This document shows positions 8,232 to 14,556 of a DNA stretch of 14,556 nt, piece after piece (position 1 is the first letter of the stretch; each line of letters begins with the position of its first letter). Where the stretch lies: NCBI GenBank assembly GCA_963978095.1, contig CAXBQP010000063.1, positions 1 to 14,556 on the forward strand, in the 5' to 3' direction. The notes beneath the pieces are model-generated. The model worked only from the letters and a program-made list of their open reading frames with translations. It was not told the origin of the DNA and made no database searches. Source of the stretch: an uncultured bacterium (GTDB lineage: Bacteria; Gemmatimonadota; Gemmatimonadetes; Gemmatimonadales; Gemmatimonadaceae). The position numbers were made by a program, and so were the translations under genes.

Positions 8232-11200
8232 TTACTCCATCGGCGGCTTGATGCGCTTGCCCCAGAGCGGCGGCGGCGGCTCCTTGGTGGCGCGCTGGAC
8301 CGGTTTGGCCGCCAGTTGCTTGAGTCCCTCGGCGACGGCGCGCTCCAGCTGGGCATCATGCCCGGCCGCCATGTCCTTGGGCCAGTTTTCGACGTCGATG
8401 TCCGGCGCCTGCCCGACGTTCTCGACATCCCACTGATTGTCGCGACGGAAGAAGCCGCCGCGCGGCGCGATCATGGACCCGCCATCGATGAAACCTGGCG
8501 TGTCGGCGGTGTGGACGAGGCCGCCCCACGTCCGCTTGCCGACCAGCGTTCCGATCTTGCGATAGTGGAACATCCAGGGCATGAGATCGCCACCGGAGCC
8601 CGCCATCTCATTGATGATCATGATCTTGGGGCCCCAGATGCCGGCCGCGGGACTCGTGAAGGGCATGCGGTCACCGGCCACGTTGTTGAAGTAGCCGTCG
8701 AAATCGCGCTGCAGCACATCGATGATGTAGTCCGCCGCTTGTCCACCACCGTTGAAGCGCTCGTCGATGATGGCACCCTTCCGGTCCTGCTGCGCAAAGT
8801 AATAGCGGTTGAAACTCGTGTAGCCCGGCTGACCGGTGTTTGGCAGGTACACGTAGGCGAGCTGCCCCTTGGACAGTGAGTCGACGACGTGGCGATTATG
8901 CTCCACCCACGCGCGGGTGCGCAGCCCCTGATCATTGGCCACGGGCATCACGGTCACGCGACGTGCACCGTCCATCGAGGCGCGGGAGTTGAGCGTGAGC
9001 ACCACCTGATGGTTTGCCGTCCCGTCGAGCATGCGGTACAGATTGTCCGGCGTCTGCAGTTCCTCTCCGTTCACGGCCAGGATGTAATCGCCGACGCGCA
9101 CATCGATGCCGGGTCCCGCCAACGGTGCCCGCAGATCCGGGTTCCAGCTCTCGGCATCATAGATCTTGGTGATCTTGTAGCGTCCCTGATCGATCGTGAA
9201 ATCGGCGCCGAGCTGCCCGCCGCTCGATGCCGGGACTTCCGGCATGTCACCGCCGCGGACGTACGAGTGTCCGATCGCGATCTCCGCCCCCATCTGGTCG
9301 AGCAGGTAGTTGAGGTCGGCACGATGCATCACGAAGGGAAGCAACTGCTCATACATCGTCCGCATCTTGGGCCAGTCGGAGCCGTGCATATTGGGCACGT
9401 ACAGATAGTCCCGCTGGTTCCGCCATCCCTCGTAGAAGATCTGCTTGAACTCGGCCTTCGGATCGATGTTCGCCCGCAGCGCGACGTTCAGTCGCCCCGC
9501 ACCGGGCTGTGGTACCGCGCGATCCGCGTCGACCACGAACACTGCCGGTCCACCCGCTGCGGCCGCACCCCCGCGTCCACCGCCACCACCCCCGCTGCGA
9601 TAGATGAGCTTGTGACCGTCGGCGCTCACATCGTAGTCCGCAACGCCAGCGACGAACATGGTCGCGCGACGATCGCGGAGCTGGAAGCGATGCAACGTGG
9701 CGCTCGCCCCACCGGACGTGCCCGACGCGGCAACGGTCTCCGTGAAGTACACCGTGCCGGCCACGCCGGCCTTGAGGCGGCCATACTGCCGGTTGGTCAC
9801 CCCCGGCACGGCAATTATGCGGCCGGCGAGCCCATCCCAATCGATCGTGACAGGGCCGGCGGCCGCACGCGATGGCACGGCATCCGCGCCTTCGGCGTTG
9901 CTGCCGCCACGTCCACCGCGGCCGCCCGCGCCGGCTGCCGCACCCCCCGTCTCCTCGTCACTCTCGGGGAGGAACGGCGAAGGCTCATTCTTGTTCAGGA
10001 CTGCGAGATACAACGAGAAGGTTTCTTCGTGGTCGTAGTTCGACATGTCGAGCCACTGCGACTTGAGCCCGAAGTCCGTGCTGGCGAAGAACCAGAGGTA
10101 CTTGCCGCTCGCATCCCACGCCGGCGAGATCACGTCGGACAGTCCATCGGTGACCTGTTTGGTCACCCCGGTTTCCACGTTGTACGCGACGATCGCCTTG
10201 TAGAGCGAGTTCAGATGCTTGACGTAGGCGATCCACTTGGAGTCCGGGCTCCACACGGGATTCATCGTCCGCGTCGGGACCATCCAGGGATCCTCGCCGA
10301 CGCGCTTGGCCTGCCCACTGGCCACATCGAGCACCCACAGTTTCAGGTCGGTGTCGGTATAGAGGATCTTCTTGCTGTCGGGCGACCAGGCCGGCGTGTA
10401 GTAATGCTTGGTATTCGGCAGCGCGATCTCGCGTGCCGGGGTGAGGCCGTCCTGCGCTTCGATGTACAGCTTGTACTCGCCGCTCCTGTCGCTGAAATAG
10501 GAAATCGACTTGCCGTCGGGCGACCAGGAGGGATCACGCTCGGCGCTGGCGCTGGAGTTGGTCAGATTCCGGACATCGCCCTTGTCGACCGGCACCGTGA
10601 AGATCTCACCGCGCGCTTCGATCAGCGCGCGCTTCCCGGTGGGCGACAACGTGATGTTCGTGATGCGGCCCGAGAGGTCCTTCCACCCTGGCATCATCCA
10701 CGGGAAATCCCCCGTGGCACTGATGCTCACGACCTTGTGCTTGTTGGTCTTGGGATCGAGCTCGTGGATGTATCCCGCCTGCTCGAACACCACGGCGCCG
10801 GCACCAGCATCCAACGTCTTCACGTCGAAATCCGAGAAGTCGGTGCACTGCGTGAGTTTCTTGCTCTTGGTGTCGTACGACCAGACGTTGGCGACGCCGT
10901 CACGGTCAGAGATGAAATACACCACATCGCCGAGCCAGGCCGGCTCCATGTCCTTGGAGTCCTTCCACGGGGGAGACTCCAGATCGAGCGTCTTGAGGTT
11001 GACGATCCAGATCGGACGGTTCTTGCCACCGCGATAGTTGCGACGCTCTTCGTCCCACGAGTTGTTCATGCGGTAGGCCGCCCGCGTTCCGTCGGGCGAC
11101 AAGCGTCCCTGGAACGCACGATTCAGCGGGAGTGCCACTTCGACGCCGCCGGTCGCGGGCACCGTATAGAACTTCGGTGCGGCGGTGGGGCCGTTGGTTT

Positions 11201-11603
11201 CGCGCGTGGACGCAAAGAGCACACTCTTCCCGTCGGGGGTCCACCCTTGCACGACGTCCGGGGCGCTGTTCCACGTCAGGCGACGAGGCTCGCCCCCATC
11301 GATGCTCACGACATACACGTCGACATTCCCGCCATATTCGGCGCTGAACGCGACGGTCTTGCCATCGGGAGAGATCTTGGGATACTCCGTCGCGCCCTGG
11401 AAGCTCGTGAGGCGTTTGGCGGAGCCGCCCGCCCGCGCCACCACCCAGATGTTCTGCGCATAGGCGAACGCGATATTCGCCGCACTCACTGACGGTTGAC
11501 GCAGCATCCGGGTCTGCGCGCCGAGCAGCGACGCGACGAGCATCGGTGCGGCGGCAGCGCCGCGGAGCAGGCACGCACGGGTTCGATTCATGTGGACGTT
11601 CAT
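8232..11603 (-). CDS. Secreted tricorn-like protease (peptidase S41B: two beta-propellers, C1, PDZ, C2)
   Basis: The start is reassigned to ATG 11603 (AAGAGGAAG upstream, 5 nt after the amidohydrolase stop; ATG 11591 is an alternative), giving 1123 aa. Signal peptide, PD40 repeats (SPDGK, WSPDSK), IGHSY (catalytic His), PDZ (GDYILAVNG), IIDERFNGGG, AGSGGD (catalytic Ser), GKRTWGG and VENVGQAPDIDV. Confidence 0.95.
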   Translation of the reverse strand: MNVHMNRTRACLLRGAAAAPMLVASLLGAQTRMLRQPSVSAANIAFAYAQNIWVVARAGGSAKRLTSFQGATEYPKISPDGKTVAFSAEYGGNVDVYVVSIDGGEPRRLTWNSAPDVVQGWTPDGKSVLFASTRETNGPTAAPKFYTVPATGGVEVALPLNRAFQGRLSPDGTRAAYRMNNSWDEERRNYRGGKNRPIWIVNLKTLDLESPPWKDSKDMEPAWLGDVVYFISDRDGVANVWSYDTKSKKLTQCTDFSDFDVKTLDAGAGAVVFEQAGYIHELDPKTNKHKVVSISATGDFPWMMPGWKDLSGRITNITLSPTGKRALIEARGEIFTVPVDKGDVRNLTNSSASAERDPSWSPDGKSISYFSDRSGEYKLYIEAQDGLTPAREIALPNTKHYYTPAWSPDSKKILYTDTDLKLWVLDVASGQAKRVGEDPWMVPTRTMNPVWSPDSKWIAYVKHLNSLYKAIVAYNVETGVTKQVTDGLSDVISPAWDASGKYLWFFASTDFGLKSQWLDMSNYDHEETFSLYLAVLNKNEPSPFLPESDEETGGAAAGAGGRGGRGGSNAEGADAVPSRAAAGPVTIDWDGLAGRIIAVPGVTNRQYGRLKAGVAGTVYFTETVAASGTSGGASATLHRFQLRDRRATMFVAGVADYDVSADGHKLIYRSGGGGGGRGGAAAAGGPAVFVVDADRAVPQPGAGRLNVALRANIDPKAEFKQIFYEGWRNQRDYLYVPNMHGSDWPKMRTMYEQLLPFVMHRADLNYLLDQMGAEIAIGHSYVRGGDMPEVPASSGGQLGADFTIDQGRYKITKIYDAESWNPDLRAPLAGPGIDVRVGDYILAVNGEELQTPDNLYRMLDGTANHQVVLTLNSRASMDGARRVTVMPVANDQGLRTRAWVEHNRHVVDSLSKGQLAYVYLPNTGQPGYTSFNRYYFAQQDRKGAIIDERFNGGGQAADYIIDVLQRDFDGYFNNVAGDRMPFTSPAAGIWGPKIMIINEMAGSGGDLMPWMFHYRKIGTLVGKRTWGGLVHTADTPGFIDGGSMIAPRGGFFRRDNQWDVENVGQAPDIDVENWPKDMAAGHDAQLERAVAEGLKQLAAKPVQRATKEPPPPLWGKRIKPPME

Positions 11604-11608
11604 GGGAT

Positions 11609-14535
11609 TCACTTCCTCTTGGGAGCTTTGTCCGGGTCTTCCGCGGCCCACGGGAACACGCCCGCCGGCTTCTGTCGCGGATACACCTCGTCGAGCGTGT
11701 TGGCCTCGTACATCCGGCCGTTCTTCATGACGTACTTGATGGCCGTGCTGTTGCGGATGTTCTGCAAGGGGTTCTTGTCGAGCACGAGCAGGTCGGCGAG
11801 CTTGCCCTTCTCGAGCGAGCCGATGTCCTTGCCCAGCCCGATCGCTTCGGCCCCCATCTGGGTCGCGACGCGCAGCGCATCGTGCGGATCCATATTGGCC
11901 CAGGCGACGTTCCAGAGTTCCCAATGGAAGCCGATGCCCTGCTGCTGGCCATGCGATCCGATGCCCACCCGGCCACCGGCGGCGAGGATGTTCTTCATGT
12001 CCTCCGAGATGACCTGCATGCCGTACTGCGAGTCGTGGAACCACCCCGCACCGGCTCCGGTCGTCACCGCTCCCGGGGATCCGCCACGTCGCAGGATCTT
12101 GCCTTCGAGATCGCTCCATGGCGTGAAGCGGCGCAGCTTCATGTCGTTGAGCAGATCCATGTGCTCGTACCAGTAGTTCTCGCCCCAGGGAGCGCCGTAT
12201 GCCACGATGATCGTCGGCGTGTAGGTGATCCCGGATTCCTTCAGCAGGCGCAGCACGTCGCTCTGCAACGGGTACGTCGGGATCGTGTGCTCATGCCCGC
12301 TGTATCCGTCGATCGCTTCCGTGATGTTCATCTTGATGTCGAGCGACCCTTCGGTCGTCGGCATCAGCTTGAGCTCATTCGCCGCCTGGATGATCCACTG
12401 CCGCTGCTCGCGGTTTCCGGTGGCGTACTCCTTGAGCGTCTTGGTGTCGTAGTAGTCGGAGTAGCGCTTGAGCACGGTGCGCGCGTGTGCCAAGTCGCGG
12501 ATGTTCTCACCGTTGGCGTTGCTCGCGCCGAAGAGCCCCGGACCGGTGGAATAGATGCGGGGGCCGAGGATCTTGCCCGCGACCACCTGGTCCTCGTACG
12601 AGAGCACGTCGGTGGTGCCAGTCTGCGGGTCGCGGCCGGTGGTGACACCGTAGGCCAGATTCGCCACGTAACTCCAGACCGGCTCGCGGTGCACGCTGTT
12701 GGACACCCGCAGGTGCGCATGCGTATCGACGAAACCGGGGATGATGGTCTTGCCGCTCACATCCATCACCTTCGCGCCGGCAGGAACAGCCACACTGCCG
12801 CGCTTGCCCACGCCAACGATGCGGTTGTTCGTGATGACGATGTCCCCGCCTTCGATGACCTCCTTCCCCTTCATCGTGACGATCCGCGCGCCCCGGAGCA
12901 CCACGCTTCCCTGCGGGATGTCACGGGGCGCCTGGATCCGGATCCGATGCTCGGCCGGCTGGAACATCGGGGCGGCCGCTACCCCACCGCGACCACCGCG
13001 ACCGCCAGCGGCCGGTGCGCCGGTGCTGTCGGTCCCGGCCCCACCTCGTACGCGGCGCACCGAGTCGTCGAAGGCGCGCGCCCGGTCGATGTCGTACACG
13101 ACATGCGCGTTGCCGATCGACCAGTGGACGCTCTTGCCGTCCATCCCCCACGCGGGGAACTGCGCGCCGATGTCCGAGAGTTTCCTGCTCGGGAAGTTGC
13201 CGCCCTCGCCAACGGTGACGGTCGGCGCATCACCCCCGAGGTACGGGATGGTCACCAGATAGACGTCGTTGCCCACCTGTGCGAGCGCTTGATCGCCGAG
13301 CGGTGAGATCTGCGCCCAGCTGGCGCCGCCGCCACGTCCGCCACCACCCCCGGCGTCCGCTCCGCCCCCGCCCTTGCTGATGCGGAGATGGGTCTTCACA
13401 TCGGTGCCGTCCCAACGCATCGAGGCGAGACCACGCTGACCACCGTACAAGTAGATGCGCGTGCCGTCGCCGTTGACAAAGTGCGGGTTGCTCAGCCCGC
13501 CCGATGGCGCAATCAGGGTGTAGGCACCGCCCGACGCCGGGATCCAGACGAGGTCCGCGTTCCCGCCCCCGCCTCCGCCACCCCCGGTCGACATCTCCGA
13601 GAAATTGCGGGAGGGACTCTTGAGGGCCACGAGGCGTTGTCCGTCCGGCGTGAACGCCGGCCGCTGCCAGAAGAAGCTCTGCGACGTGAGTTTTTGCGGT
13701 GCGGCGCTGCCGTCACCACGGACGCGGAACAACGCACCGCCGTCAGCGGCGGTGAAGGTGGTGTAGGCGATCCATTGACCGTCGGGACTCCACGCCGGCT
13801 GGAACTCACCCAAGTCGCCCGTGGTCAGCCGCTTGGGCGTGCCATTCGGGTAATCCATTACATACAGATGATCGAGCGCGACAAAGGCCAGACGGCGTCC
13901 GTCGGGCGAAGGCACCGCGTCACGGATCTGCTTGATCGTGAAGGTCGACGAATCGGAAATCGGATAGTCGTGATGGACCGCCGGCCCCAGCGCCTGCTTC
14001 ACCTCCGCTTCGTAGGGGATTTCGGTCGCCGGGCTTCCGTCGATCGGCTGCTTCCAGAGCTTGCCGTTCCAGGTCGCGATCAAGAACTTGGAATCAGGGG
14101 TGAAGCTCATGCCGGGATACACGTCGAGCGAGGCACGGGATTCCTGGTCATCGCGCGAGACCGGCCCCACCAGCCACTTGTCCTCGCCGCTCTCCAGATC
14201 GCGAATCCGGAGGTAGGTCTGGTCGATGTGCCGCGTGCCGTAGACGAGCCACCGGCCGTCCGGCGAGAGCGTCGGGCGGAACGCCGAACCCCACCGGCTC
14301 TCGCGCACACTGACTTCGCCGGACTCGCGGTCGTAGACCGCGAGCTGGTAATCGCTCATCGGTGTATTGTAGATCCACGACCCGCGCCGTTCCGCGAACC
14401 ACAGATAGCGTGGATCCTTGCCGAACGCCGGCCCGATCTCACGCATCACGTCGGCGCCCGCGGCGCCGCCGCGCCCGCCAGCGGCATCGCGTCGAATCAG
14501 CGCTTGCCCGGTGCCTCCATCGGTGTGGTAGATCC
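11609..14535 (-). CDS. PD40/TolB-like beta-propeller + amidohydrolase fusion protein (5'-truncated)
   Basis: Many SPDG/TPDG propeller repeats precede an amidohydrolase domain (GKTIIPGFVDTHAH, YGVTT, GPRIYSTG, GHEH, GSLEKGKLADLLVLDKNPL, VMKNG). The frame stays open upstream of GTG 14449 (WIYHTDGGTGQALIRRDAAGGRGG...) up to the adapter, so the true start lies outside the window. Confidence 0.92.
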
Positions 14536-14556
14536 AGATCGGAAGAGCACACGTCT
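14536..14556 (+). other. Illumina TruSeq adapter sequence (technical artefact)
   Basis: The terminal 21 nt, AGATCGGAAGAGCACACGTCT, match exactly the start of the TruSeq read-1 adapter (AGATCGGAAGAGCACACGTCTGAACTCC...). Confidence 0.97.

Noticed and set aside
11604..12119. 172-codon upstream extension of the tricorn ORF, or a possible frameshift fusion with the amidohydrolase
   Set aside because: Overlaps the intact amidohydrolase C-terminus. The protease has its own SD and signal peptide at 11603, and I saw no slippery site.
8889..13306. Long plus-strand ORFs 8889-11492 (867 aa) and 11546-13306 (586 aa)
   Set aside because: Antisense to the tricorn and amidohydrolase genes, with no domain motifs. 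Explained by codon bias on the coding strand.

Overview
GC-rich bacterial chromosomal segment. Gene content and Gly-rich secreted proteins suggest Gemmatimonadota or a similar soil/aquatic lineage (inference). From left to right: the 3' end of a probable Mg-chelatase-like (Rv0958-type) AAA+ ATPase that the ORF track missed; an MFS transporter (-); a tightly packed + strand cluster of a vWA protein, a secreted DUF900 alpha/beta hydrolase and a Ni/Co permease; a UPF0126/TRIC membrane protein (-) divergent from a short MutY (+), both apparently leaderless; citrate synthase (-) with a structured leader; and a - strand operon of a beta-propeller/amidohydrolase fusion (5'-truncated) and a secreted tricorn-like S41 protease. 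The last 21 nt are Illumina TruSeq adapter, so the right end is an untrimmed contig edge. I saw no mobile elements, CRISPR arrays, tRNA or rRNA. The best candidates for undescribed biology are the AAA+/vWA/Ni-Co permease cluster, the amidohydrolase-tricorn module with its atypical metal site and GGRGG loops, and the gltA leader.
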